From Planctomycetota bacterium (GTDB lineage Bacteria > Planctomycetota > Planctomycetia > Pirellulales > Lacipirellulaceae), in contig JAJDEF010000037.1 of the NCBI GenBank assembly GCA_029259945.1, forward strand, positions 122,169 through 186,168: a stretch of DNA of 64,000 bases, written 5' to 3'. Positions 1 through 9,313 of the stretch are shown piece by piece. Position 1 is the stretch's first letter; every line of letters starts with the position of its first letter. Under the pieces are notes generated by a model. That model made no database searches. It had not been told where the DNA came from and saw only the letters and a list, made by a program, of their open reading frames with translations. The translations under genes and the position numbers were made by a program.

Positions 1-1104
1 AAGTTGATGGAATTCGGCGCTATGGACAACTCGATCAATGCCACTACCTTTTTCTTCACAGATTCCCAGGCGTCGCATTAGCCCTGCTAGCAACTCATTG
101 CGAGACTGGTATTCGTCGATAAATCTTTCTGTTGAAATAGGTGGCGTGCCAGGGTTGGATATCTCTATCCGATCAGAGTACAGCTCGATCATTACAGAGG
201 TTCCAGGTTCTGAGAATTCTTGATGGATTAGCGCATTTGCAACGAGTTCACGGATGGCATCGTCTGGAAACATCTTGACTTCAAAGCGAAGCGCCTTGGT
301 AACGATTTCATTTGCCGGAACAAGACTACTCACAAAGTCAACTAGCCCCTCAAAACCGACGGCATAGCCTTTGATTTCCGACTTATCTAGTCGAGTGCTC
401 AGCTTATCAATTCCCTCATAAACAATCACGCGGGTTGCTTTTCTGCTGAGGCCGGAAAAATCGTCCAGACGCTTTGCAAAGAGTAGCGCGCCAAGGTTCG
501 TGATGTTCCACAAGCTGTCCTGGTTGATAATTAGCTGTTCGGATTCAAATCGCTCTAAAACGGCATCGCGGGTTGAAGGATAGGGTAATTGCAAGAGATC
601 AAAATAACTCTGAGTGTCTAGCAAACGCACAATGTCCGCACCTTCGAGGCGTGTTGTGGCATACTCCAATAACCAGTCGGGCTTTCCTTCATCGAAGATT
701 CGACGTAAACGATCCTCGCTCATAGAGACAAGATCCTCCGAAGATCGCATAAGATAAGCGCCTGCAAACTGATATGCCGTTCCTCGTGGCCGTGCCGGGA
801 TGTCAAATATCACAACCCGGCCGGAAGGATGTTGGAGTTCTTCTACATCGACCCGAAATCCTAACTTAGAAAAAATCTGGGTCGCAATCTTCGAAGTATT
901 ACGGAAAGCCATCGACCCAATCACTGATCGAGGCGTTTTGTCAGTAACACCAAGAATAAACTGACCGCCTCCTTCGTTGGCAATGGCAACACAGTATTTG
1001 AACAGCTTCGTCGTGTCGTACCGATCTTTACCCTCTTTGAACTCGAGGTTTTCATCCTCGTCAGATCGTTCCATCAGATGTGCAAGTACTTCGAGCGAAA
1101 TCAT
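1..1104 (-). CDS. AlbA_2/Schlafen-like DNA-binding domain + HATPase_c_4 (RecG C-terminal-like) ATP-binding protein; partial, runs off window start
   Basis: Missing from the ORF track because it has no stop inside the window. Manual translation from ATG at 1104 gives MISLEVLAHLMERSDEDENLEFKEGK...YCVAIANEGGGQFILGVTD (AlbA_2 EFK / A-x-AN-x-x-GG motifs), later IRELVANALIHQ...DRIEISNPG and CEEKGSGIDRV. Visibly more AT-rich than its neighbours. Confidence 0.8.
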   Translation of the reverse strand, partial: MISLEVLAHLMERSDEDENLEFKEGKDRYDTTKLFKYCVAIANEGGGQFILGVTDKTPRSVIGSMAFRNTSKIATQIFSKLGFRVDVEELQHPSGRVVIFDIPARPRGTAYQFAGAYLMRSSEDLVSMSEDRLRRIFDEGKPDWLLEYATTRLEGADIVRLLDTQSYFDLLQLPYPSTRDAVLERFESEQLIINQDSLWNITNLGALLFAKRLDDFSGLSRKATRVIVYEGIDKLSTRLDKSEIKGYAVGFEGLVDFVSSLVPANEIVTKALRFEVKMFPDDAIRELVANALIHQEFSEPGTSVMIELYSDRIEISNPGTPPISTERFIDEYQSRNELLAGLMRRLGICEEKGSGIDRVVHSAEFHQL

Positions 1105-1379
1105 TTTTTACGACAGCTTCTTTCACAGGGTAAACGTCTATCTTATCAGCTCATCACCAAAGTCATCTGTTAGTGAACACGCCTTGCCACGCCCATGAAA
1201 GGTAGCCTAATTTTCTCCACGTTCAAAGTCATAGCTTGTCACATGGTGACGATTGCTGCCATGGAAAGAGTGTACGCTTGACTCCCAATTGTTCCGAGGG
1301 GCAGAGCAACTGCGGACAACTCTTTCGACAGCTTCCATTATCGAGTTCAGAGTTAAGTTTTAGGTTCAGGCACTCTTGA

Positions 1380-3584
1380 TTACGGCATGTTCATGTCGGA
1401 GCTGTGGCCTCCGGCGGCGACGAGGTACGACTGTTGGACGTAGTCCATCACCATGCGATGGGCGCTGAAGCGTGCGGCCAGCGTTGCGATAGAGACAGTC
1501 ATACGCTGAATCCACTGCTGGGGAAGACCGTCGGCGTCGCGGTCGTAGAACAGCGGAATGACTTCGTCAGACAAGACGCGAAGTAGCTCTTCGGCGTCGC
1601 GTTGATCGCTCATTTCGTCGTCGACGTGTTGGGTGCCGTGCCCGATGGCAAAGCCGTTTTTGCCATTGAAAGCTTCGGCCCACCAACCGTCGAGAACCGA
1701 GCAATTGAGGCCGCCGTTGAGGACGACTTTTTGACCGCTGGTGCCCGAGGCTTCCAAAGGTCGGCGAGGATTGTTGAGCCAGACATCGACACCTTGGGTG
1801 AGATGTCGACCGACGTTGATGTCGTAGTCTTCAACAAAGACAATCCGACCGTCAAATCGAGGGTCGTGTCGCAGGTTCGCAATTTTTTGGATGAGCTTTT
1901 TGCCCGGCTCGTCGGCCGGATGTGCTTTGCCAGCGAAGATGAATTGCACTGGCCGATGCGAATCGGTCATCAGTTCGGCAAACCGATCAAGGTTACGCAA
2001 AAACAGATCCGCCCGCTTATAGGTGGCAAAGCGGCGAGCAAAACCGATGGTGAGCGCCGAGGGGTCGAGAACATTGCGAGCAGCTTCTATGGCGGCTTCG
2101 TCTTCGTTGCGTCGGCGGCATTGGCGGCTCATACGACGCCGGACGAATTCAAGTAGTCGACTCTTCAGCGCATTATGAGTTTCCCAAAGTTCGCCGGGGT
2201 CGACGGAGTAGATTTTTTGCCAAGCTTCGGGGTCACCCATCCTTTGTTGCCAGCCCGGGCCGAAATACTTGTCGTACAGCAGCTGCATCGGATAGGCCAA
2301 CCAGCTAGGAACGTGCACACCATTGGTAATATGCCCGATAGGTACTTCTTCTTCGACGCGCCAAGGCCAAAGGTGAGCCCACATACGGCGAGAGACGTGT
2401 CCATGCAGCGAGCTAACCGCATTGGCACGGCGCGAGAGCTTCAGCCCGATGACCGTCATGCAGAAAGTTTCAGCTTCGTTTTGAGGTTCGACTCGTCCGA
2501 GGCCCATAAGTTGCTCGTGCGAGATGCCAAGCTGCTGGCGAAGCGGTCCGAGATGTTCTTCGACGAGGCTGGCTTCGAAACAGTCGTGTCCGGCGGGAAC
2601 GGGTGTATGGGTGGTGAAGACGGTGTTTTGAACCACTTGGCGAAGGGCGTCGTCGAACTCGAGTCCATCGTCTTCCATGCGCTCGCGAATGACTTCGAGC
2701 GGAGCGAAAGCGCTGTGACCTTCGTTGAGATGATAGACCCCAGGATAGATTTTGAGTGCCCGAAGGGCCTTGACTCCACCGACGCCGAGTACGAGTTCCT
2801 GGCGGATGCGGGTACGAATGTCGCCGCCATAAAGTCGGGAGGTGAGTTCACGGTCTTCGGGACGATTGCCCTCGACATCGCAGTCGAGTAGGTAAAGTGG
2901 CACGCGGCCAACTCGCATCAGCCAAAGCTTGGCTTGTAGTGGTCCCTCGAGCGTCTCGATTTGGATGGTGATGGAGTTGCCGTCAGGGTCGAGGGCAGGC
3001 TCCATGGCGAGGTTCTCGACTTTGGTGTCGAGATACTCCTCTTGTTGCATCCCCTCGGAATCGAGGTGCTGGTTGAAGTAACCTTGATCGTAGAACAGCC
3101 CCACGGCTACGAGTGGAACTCCCAGCCCGCTCGCACTTTTGATGTGATCGCCGGAGAGGACGCCAAGGCCACCCGAGTAGATAGGAACCGATTCGTGGAT
3201 GCCAAATTCAGCGGAGAAGTAGGCGACCGGCTTCGAGCCCAAGACTCCTGCTTCACGCGCACCCCAGGTGGCATGTTCGTTGCTGAGGTATTCTTTCAGT
3301 CGACGATGGGCCTGATTGATGCGGGTGTAGAGCACCATTTCTGAGGCACGTTGGGCCAGTTGATCGGGCGTCATCTCGTTGAGCAGCGCGATTGGGTTAT
3401 GGTCGACCTGCCGCCAGCGGACAGGGTCGAGATCGCGAAAGAGACTGACTACATCGGGATGCCAACTCCACCAAAGATTGTGTGCGACTGCAGTGCATTT
3501 GTCGTAGATATCTTGCGGGGTAATCTCGGTCCAGCTATCGCGAGTGGCTTTTGCCGAAGGGGTCGGGATTTCTGTTTGGCTCAT
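1380..3584 (-). CDS. glgP: Alpha-glucan (glycogen/starch) phosphorylase
   Basis: 734 aa; YFSAEFG, YSGGLGVLSGD, RLYGGD, HLNEGH, ARRFATYKR, EASGTSGQK (PLP lysine), LDGWW motifs. Confidence 0.95.
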   Translation of the reverse strand: MSQTEIPTPSAKATRDSWTEITPQDIYDKCTAVAHNLWWSWHPDVVSLFRDLDPVRWRQVDHNPIALLNEMTPDQLAQRASEMVLYTRINQAHRRLKEYLSNEHATWGAREAGVLGSKPVAYFSAEFGIHESVPIYSGGLGVLSGDHIKSASGLGVPLVAVGLFYDQGYFNQHLDSEGMQQEEYLDTKVENLAMEPALDPDGNSITIQIETLEGPLQAKLWLMRVGRVPLYLLDCDVEGNRPEDRELTSRLYGGDIRTRIRQELVLGVGGVKALRALKIYPGVYHLNEGHSAFAPLEVIRERMEDDGLEFDDALRQVVQNTVFTTHTPVPAGHDCFEASLVEEHLGPLRQQLGISHEQLMGLGRVEPQNEAETFCMTVIGLKLSRRANAVSSLHGHVSRRMWAHLWPWRVEEEVPIGHITNGVHVPSWLAYPMQLLYDKYFGPGWQQRMGDPEAWQKIYSVDPGELWETHNALKSRLLEFVRRRMSRQCRRRNEDEAAIEAARNVLDPSALTIGFARRFATYKRADLFLRNLDRFAELMTDSHRPVQFIFAGKAHPADEPGKKLIQKIANLRHDPRFDGRIVFVEDYDINVGRHLTQGVDVWLNNPRRPLEASGTSGQKVVLNGGLNCSVLDGWWAEAFNGKNGFAIGHGTQHVDDEMSDQRDAEELLRVLSDEVIPLFYDRDADGLPQQWIQRMTVSIATLAARFSAHRMVMDYVQQSYLVAAGGHSSDMNMP

Positions 3585-4003
3585 GGCGAGTAATGTCCTG
3601 TCTATATGCCTGAAGCTCGCTCACCGCGCAAAGACTCTGGAACCTGCAGCGCGTCACGACAGGCGAGTCATCCGTGGCCGCGGTGGGTCGGCCGCGTGTA
3701 AGATTGGATTGAAACGCATTTCGTCTAGAAACAGGCGAATTATACAGGATTCGCCTCTTGTTGCGATGCAAATAATTGCCCCTGATAGCCGGGGCCAGTC
3801 ACTTTTTTTCAAACTGGGTAAGGTGATTTTGTCTGCAGGAGCTACTCTAGTGTAGTGAAACTCGATTGGCCCGGCGTCAAAGACGGTGTTTATTGCTAAT
3901 TGGGGGGTTAGGGCGTAGAGTGGGGACGGTTTTTATAGGTCTTCGCGGCGACCGGGCGGAGACGGATCTAGCGAACGATGCCGATGTGGAGATATTGCTG
4001 CAG

Positions 4004-4876
4004 ATGACACTTGCCCAGGCCTATCGCCCCGGAAAAATCGGCCTTTCTTTTGAGCTTTTCCCGCCCAAGACCGAGAAAGGGATGGCAGCCCTGTTTCGCC
4101 ATGCGGGCCGATTGGCCGAGTTTCAGCCTAACTATATTACGTGTACCTACGGGGCGGGCGGTTCGACGCAAAACCGAACGCTGGACGTGATTTCAGGGAT
4201 TCTCGAAAAATATAACCTGCCTGTAGCGACCCATTTGACCTGCGTGGGCCGTACGCCAGAAGAGCTGCGAGACTATCTAAGCCGCGCCATCGGATTAGGA
4301 ATTCAAAACGTGGTTGCACTGCGTGGTGATCCTCCACAAGGGGAGACAGAATTTCGCCCGGTGGAGGGTGGGTTTTCTTATGCCGACGAGCTAGTTGCGT
4401 TCATTCGAGCAGAGTTTGCTGACATGGGTATCGCCGTTGGGGGCTATCCCGAGACCCATCAGGAAGCGCCGAGCCCGGAAGTCGATATCGAGAATCTCAA
4501 ACGAAAAGTTGATGCAGGGGCAGATGTCATCATCACCCAACTATTTTATAACAACGGCGATTTTTTCGATTTTTGTGAGCGCTGTCAGAAGGCGGGGATT
4601 AATGTGCCGATCGTGCCCGGACTGCTGCCCGTGACCAATGGTGCCCAAGTGCAACGGATCGCGTCGTTGTGTGGGGCAAAGTTGCCGGCGAAGTTTTTGG
4701 CGGATTTGCAGAAGCATGAAGACGATGCTGCTGGGCAGTTTGAAGTGGGCGTGGAATTCGCCACCCAGCAGACGGCCGACTTGCTTGAGGCTGGCGTCGC
4801 CGGGATTCATTACTACGTGTTGAATAAATCGGAAGCTGCCGAGCGCGTGCTGAATGCGGTTTCTTTGCCAAGGTAA
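4004..4876 (+). CDS. metF: Methylenetetrahydrofolate reductase [NAD(P)H]
   Basis: SFELFPPK, TYGAGGST, HLTC, ALRGDPP, GYPETH, LKRKVDAGA, ITQLF motifs. Start moved to ATG 4004, behind a GGAGA RBS. Confidence 0.93.
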   Translation: MTLAQAYRPGKIGLSFELFPPKTEKGMAALFRHAGRLAEFQPNYITCTYGAGGSTQNRTLDVISGILEKYNLPVATHLTCVGRTPEELRDYLSRAIGLGIQNVVALRGDPPQGETEFRPVEGGFSYADELVAFIRAEFADMGIAVGGYPETHQEAPSPEVDIENLKRKVDAGADVIITQLFYNNGDFFDFCERCQKAGINVPIVPGLLPVTNGAQVQRIASLCGAKLPAKFLADLQKHEDDAAGQFEVGVEFATQQTADLLEAGVAGIHYYVLNKSEAAERVLNAVSLPR

Positions 4877-4882
4877 AACAGG

Positions 4883-6394
4883 ATGATGGATCCGACGCCT
4901 GCTGCACCCAGCCCAGACCTAACTGGGCATGAATGGGGAGACTATCGCATATTGCGTCGGTTAGGCTCCGGCGGCATGGCCGACGTATATCTGGCCGAGC
5001 AGCGATCGTTGGGCCGTCAGGTAGCACTGAAAGTTTTGCGCAGAGAGTTGGCCCGCGATGCTACCTATGTCGAGCGTTTTTCGAACGAGGCACGTGCGGC
5101 AGCTTCGTTGGTGCATCCGAACATCGTGCAGATTATCGAAGTTGGCAAAACAAAGGATCTGCATTTTATCGCGCAAGAATATGTGCCTGGGAAGAATCTA
5201 TCCCAATTGATGCATCGCGAAGGCCCGTTTGAACCTGGGCTCGTGCTCGATATTCTACGGCAAGTCACGTCGGCGTTATGCAAGGCGCATGAGTTGCGCA
5301 TTGTGCATCGCGACTTGAAGCCAGAGAACATCATGCTAAGCCACTCGGGTGAAGTGAAAGTAGCCGACTTTGGTTTGGCTCGCGCGTTAAGTTCCGATAC
5401 AAAAACGCTGACGCAGGTGGGCGTCGCGATGGGAACGCCGTTGTACATGAGCCCCGAGCAAATCGAGGGTCGCCCGGTCGATGCGCGAAGCGACATCTAT
5501 TCGCTAGGAGTGACCTGTTATCACCTGCTGTCGGGAGTTCCACCGCACACAGGCGACACAGCATTGGCCATTGCGATGCAGCATCTAAATAGTACGCCGG
5601 AGCCGTTAACAACCGCACGACCTGATATTTCCGCGACACTGTCGGCCGTAGTGCATCGAATGTTTGCCAAGCAGCCGGGGCAGCGGCCAGCGAATCCGAA
5701 TGAACTCTTGAGCGAATTACGTGAACTGGCAAGTGAAGCGTCGCGTGAGGGTTGGGCGGATGGGCCCGAGGGCTGGTCGCTTGTCGAGCGGACCGCGTCG
5801 AACGGTTCGCGTAGCGGGGTAAACTCGCAGTTAGACGAGTTGATGAAAGCAAGCGCCCAGCTAGGTGAAAAAAAGCGGAATTGGGGACGCGTGTTAATGG
5901 GAGTGGCTGCTGCCCTGCTGTTAGGAGTGGTTTTAGGGGCAGTCACTCGGCCGCGATTTTATTTGGCAGGTCGGACGCAAGTATCAACGGTGCCAAAGCG
6001 GTCGTCGGCTTGGGCCCAGTTGTACCACGCGAAACTGACCGAGTCGGAAGCGGCATGGTTGGCTGTCGAGAAGGAGTTTCCCCAGGCCCCGACCTACTTA
6101 CACCAGTTGGCTAAAAAGGGTTTGGTGCGCCACTATTTGATTGTGACCGGTGAACCCAAAGAGGCTTTGCCAGTGCTACGTGACTTGAGGCAGATGGCAA
6201 TTTCTGAGAAGTCGCCGTCGATGGAAGCATTTGCGGCTGCCGGGTTGTGCATCGCGAACCAACAGTTAGGCCGATTGGCCAAGGCCCAAGAAGCACAGGG
6301 ACAGTTGACCGCCGACATGCGTGACAAATTACGCCGTCGAGAGAGTCAGCTCTACAGTGTGTTGCAGACCTCGCTCGGCAAGCTGGGCGACTGA
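4883..6394 (+). CDS. Hanks-type Ser/Thr protein kinase with one TM helix and a helical C-terminal region
   Basis: LGSGGMADVY, VALK, HRDLKPEN, DFGLAR, GTPLYMSPE; hydrophobic VLMGVAAALLLGVVLGAV. Starts 6 bp after the metF stop. Confidence 0.92.
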   Translation: MMDPTPAAPSPDLTGHEWGDYRILRRLGSGGMADVYLAEQRSLGRQVALKVLRRELARDATYVERFSNEARAAASLVHPNIVQIIEVGKTKDLHFIAQEYVPGKNLSQLMHREGPFEPGLVLDILRQVTSALCKAHELRIVHRDLKPENIMLSHSGEVKVADFGLARALSSDTKTLTQVGVAMGTPLYMSPEQIEGRPVDARSDIYSLGVTCYHLLSGVPPHTGDTALAIAMQHLNSTPEPLTTARPDISATLSAVVHRMFAKQPGQRPANPNELLSELRELASEASREGWADGPEGWSLVERTASNGSRSGVNSQLDELMKASAQLGEKKRNWGRVLMGVAAALLLGVVLGAVTRPRFYLAGRTQVSTVPKRSSAWAQLYHAKLTESEAAWLAVEKEFPQAPTYLHQLAKKGLVRHYLIVTGEPKEALPVLRDLRQMAISEKSPSMEAFAAAGLCIANQQLGRLAKAQEAQGQLTADMRDKLRRRESQLYSVLQTSLGKLGD

Positions 6395-6402
6395 CTCTTT
6401 AT

Positions 6403-6501
6403 CTAACGTCCAGAATGATTGCGAATTGCGATTTGGCCCGCCACGACCCAAATGGCAATGAACGCAAGCGTCATCACGAGCTGTGCAGATTGAATGGACA
6501 T
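6403..6501 (-). CDS. Small single-TM protein (32 aa, MSIQSAQLVMTLAFIAIWVVAGQIAIRNHSGR)
   Basis: Below the ORF-track cutoff. GGAGG RBS 4 nt before the ATG; one clear hydrophobic helix followed by a basic tail. Confidence 0.55.
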   Translation of the reverse strand: MSIQSAQLVMTLAFIAIWVVAGQIAIRNHSGR

Positions 6502-6724
6502 AGAGCCTCCGCCAAAGATGGGTAGCGATCTCCATCGCGTCTGGGACGGCATTCCCTGCCTCGACTTCTTTTTCTCGTCCAGTTTTGTCCTGTCAGGACA
6601 GATTCTTAATCCCGGTCGCTAGCATTTACCCAGCCCACATAACAAGTTGCGTCGAATCGGACTGATTTGGATGCGAAAATAGGTGCATAAGCCCCTAAAA
6701 CAATGCGTTCAGCACTACATGCAG

Positions 6725-6750
6725 AAATAGTGTACAAATGTATATTATTT
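6725..6750. promoter_or_regulatory. Imperfect palindrome AAATAGTGTACA-AA-TGTATATTATTT, candidate operator
   Basis: 10 of 12 positions pair between the arms; lies in the intergenic region between divergent small genes. Confidence 0.45.
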
Positions 6751-6837
6751 GGCCGCACTTTCTGTTAGGTTTCTGTTTCGTCGGAGGCCAAAGAGGGCTC
6801 TAAGTGCTGAAAACCACGGCTTAGGAGGATGGGAGCA

Positions 6838-7035
6838 ATGATTGACCAAAATCCGCGAGAAATGCCATCGGAGAGCGATTTGCCACGGGATTTCGAAGAT
6901 CGAACGCCGCTAGAAATCGAAGACGACCGTTGGGATGCGTTTTTGCCCGACGACGATCAACTCGATCCGTTGCCAGACCCCGGAGATTTTTGGATTGAGG
7001 ATGAGCAGTTGGAATTGCGTTTGCGGGCTGCCTGA
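6838..7035 (+). CDS. Small acidic hypothetical protein (WDAFLPDDDQLDPLPDPGDFW motif)
   Basis: AGGAGG at 6823-6828 is suitably spaced from ATG 6838; very D/E-rich; probably co-transcribed with the HTH gene. Confidence 0.6.
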   Translation: MIDQNPREMPSESDLPRDFEDRTPLEIEDDRWDAFLPDDDQLDPLPDPGDFWIEDEQLELRLRAA

Positions 7036-7068
7036 ACTTGTTTTTGCTACTGAGAGGGAGAACTACTT

Positions 7069-7395
7069 ATGTTGCCACTAGCGGTGGTCGAAGAGATTCG
7101 ACGGCATTTGAACGAGGGTCGGTTGTCGCAGCGAAAAATTGCGGCGAAGTTGGGGATAAGTCGGGGGACCGTGGGGGCAATTGCGAGCGGACGACGCGGT
7201 GTTTATGGGCGGGAATCGGATCATAGCGACCCGCTCTTACCAGATATGGAGCTCTTGGCCGAACGGTGCTCCAGCTGTGGAGGCATGGTCCACAAACCTT
7301 GTGTATTGTGCCAAGCACGAACTTATCGACGGCGCCAAAAGCGATTGGCGGAGCTTCAATCTGCCGAGAAATATGGCCAGAGGCGGGTAGCTTAA
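7069..7395 (+). CDS. HTH DNA-binding protein with C-terminal C4 zinc finger
   Basis: LSQRKIAAKLGISRGTVGAIASG (HTH); CSSCGGMVHKPCVLC (CxxC-x7-CxxC); basic tail; GGAGA RBS. Confidence 0.75.
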   Translation: MLPLAVVEEIRRHLNEGRLSQRKIAAKLGISRGTVGAIASGRRGVYGRESDHSDPLLPDMELLAERCSSCGGMVHKPCVLCQARTYRRRQKRLAELQSAEKYGQRRVA

Positions 7396-7490
7396 AGCAA
7401 AGGGGAAGGGATTTCCTGGTAAGAGCATGTTATCCTGTGCAAAGTTCGCCGAAGCAACTGGTTATTCATAGATGAGAGAGGGAGATACGG

Positions 7491-9260
7491 ATGCGATTTT
7501 TCGAGGTGCGTTTGCAGTGTCTTGTTATTGCAGTCGGGATTTGTTTACTGGGTTTTTACTCGCCGGTTTTGGCATCGGATGCTGATGTGCAGTTTGCTGC
7601 GTTGTTGGAGGAGATGTGGCAACGCAATCTGGAGGAGTTTCCTCAGTTTGCCACTTCGGTGGGCGATCATCGTTTTGATGACCGCTTGCCGGCCATCTCG
7701 TTGGCTGATAGCGCTCGCCGTCATGCGGACGATGTGAAGTTTCTGCAGCGGCTGGAGGCGATTGCGCAGGATCAGCTTTCGACAAGCAATTCCATCAACC
7801 TTAGCATCATGCACCGTAAGTTGAGCGACTCGATCGCAGAGTACCAGTTTGGCAACCATCTCACGCCAATCACGCAGCGGTCGGGCTTTCATATCAGATT
7901 TCCCGAATTGCGCCGGAATATGCCGTTCAAGACGGTTGCCGATTACGAAAATTACGTCGCCCGACTGAGAGCTTTTCCGCAGTATGCCAACGGGTACATG
8001 GAGTTGATGCGGGCGGGCATTTCCGCAGAGAAAGTATTGCCAGCCGTGGTAATGGAAGGATGGGAGGGTGCAATCGACGCGCAAATCGTGAACGACGCCG
8101 AGCGGAGCTTGTTCTACGAGCCGGTACGAGAATTTCCGGCGACCTTGCCCAAAGAGAAACACGCGGAGTTGCGTAATGCAGTGCGTAATGCGATTACCGA
8201 ATCGATAGTACCTACTTACAAGCGATTTCGGGAATTTATGGCGGAGGAGTATGTGCCGCAGGCACGCGATACGATTGGTGCGTCAGCCGTGCCCGACGGA
8301 CGCGACTTTTATCGACATCGGGTGCAACGGTTTACTACGCTTGATTTGACACCCGACGAGGTGCACAAAATCGGTTTGGCCGAGGTGAAACGCATTCGTG
8401 CCGAAATGGACGAGATCATTCGTCAAGTAGAGTTCAAGGGAGATTTCGCAGCGTTCACCACGTTTCTGCGTGAAGATCCACAGTTCTATGCAGAGACTCC
8501 CGAAGCGTTGTTGAAGGAAGTTTCGTTTGTGCTGAAAAAGATGGACGGCAAACTGCCGACCTTGTTTGGGCGATTGCCACGGATGTCGTATGGCGTACGA
8601 GAGGTGCCTACGTATGTGGCGCCGCGAACAACTGCGGCATACTATCAACGGGCGAGTGGGGATGGGACGCGGGCCGGTTTTTTCTTCATGAACACTTATG
8701 ATCTGAAGAGCCGGCCCCTGTATACCGTGACGGCCCTTTCGTTGCACGAGGCAGTTCCTGGGCATCATTTGCAGATTGCGTTGCAACAGGAGCTAGCCGA
8801 TGTGCCGAATTTCCGGCGGCACAGTGGTTTTACTGCCTATATTGAAGGTTGGGCGTTGTACGCAGAGCGGTTGGGACTGGAAGCGGGGATGTACGAAGAC
8901 CCCTACGACGATTTTGGCCGGCTCACGATGGAAATTTGGCGAGCTTGCCGTTTGGTGGTCGACACGGGGATTCATTACTTCGGTTGGACGCGCGAGCAAG
9001 CGATAGAGTACCTGCATGAGAATTCGGCCATGTCGATGCACAATATCCGCGCGGAGGTCGATCGCTATATCAGTTGGCCTGGGCAAGCGTTGGCTTACAA
9101 GATTGGCGAGATGAAAATTCGTGAGCTGCGACGCTTGGCGGAAGAACGGTTAGACGAGCGTTTCGATGTGCGTGCGTTTCATGACGTCGTATTAGGCAGC
9201 GGTGGCGTGCCGCTGGATGTTTTAGAAACGATGGTGAAGACTTGGATCGACCAACAGTGA
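7491..9260 (+). CDS. DUF885 family secreted protein (metallopeptidase-like)
   Basis: Signal peptide; HEAVPGHHLQ, YIEGWALYAE, RACRLVVDTGIH, EVDRYISWPGQALAYKIG are typical DUF885 motifs. Confidence 0.9.
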   Translation: MRFFEVRLQCLVIAVGICLLGFYSPVLASDADVQFAALLEEMWQRNLEEFPQFATSVGDHRFDDRLPAISLADSARRHADDVKFLQRLEAIAQDQLSTSNSINLSIMHRKLSDSIAEYQFGNHLTPITQRSGFHIRFPELRRNMPFKTVADYENYVARLRAFPQYANGYMELMRAGISAEKVLPAVVMEGWEGAIDAQIVNDAERSLFYEPVREFPATLPKEKHAELRNAVRNAITESIVPTYKRFREFMAEEYVPQARDTIGASAVPDGRDFYRHRVQRFTTLDLTPDEVHKIGLAEVKRIRAEMDEIIRQVEFKGDFAAFTTFLREDPQFYAETPEALLKEVSFVLKKMDGKLPTLFGRLPRMSYGVREVPTYVAPRTTAAYYQRASGDGTRAGFFFMNTYDLKSRPLYTVTALSLHEAVPGHHLQIALQQELADVPNFRRHSGFTAYIEGWALYAERLGLEAGMYEDPYDDFGRLTMEIWRACRLVVDTGIHYFGWTREQAIEYLHENSAMSMHNIRAEVDRYISWPGQALAYKIGEMKIRELRRLAEERLDERFDVRAFHDVVLGSGGVPLDVLETMVKTWIDQQ

Positions 9261-9280
9261 ACGAGATGGCTTTCCGTAAT

Positions 9281-9313
9281 AGATTTACCGCAGGGGCACG
9301 GAGCACACGGAGC
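9281..9313. repeat. Half copy of the CAGAG foldback repeat (TTTACCGCAGGGGCACGGAGCACACGGAG), overlapping the stop codon of the 9285-10145 gene
   Basis: Resembles TTTACCACAGAGGACACAGAG at about 11574-11595. Confidence 0.55.

Noticed and set aside
1110-1320. Possible pseudogene fragment upstream of the AlbA_2 gene
   Set aside because: Only short, interrupted frames with no recognisable homology.
3866-4003. Long N-terminal extensions of ORF calls (metF, priA, amtB, trpA, HEAT, DAC, pilins)
   Set aside because: Downstream ATGs have better RBS and match family N-termini, so starts were trimmed.
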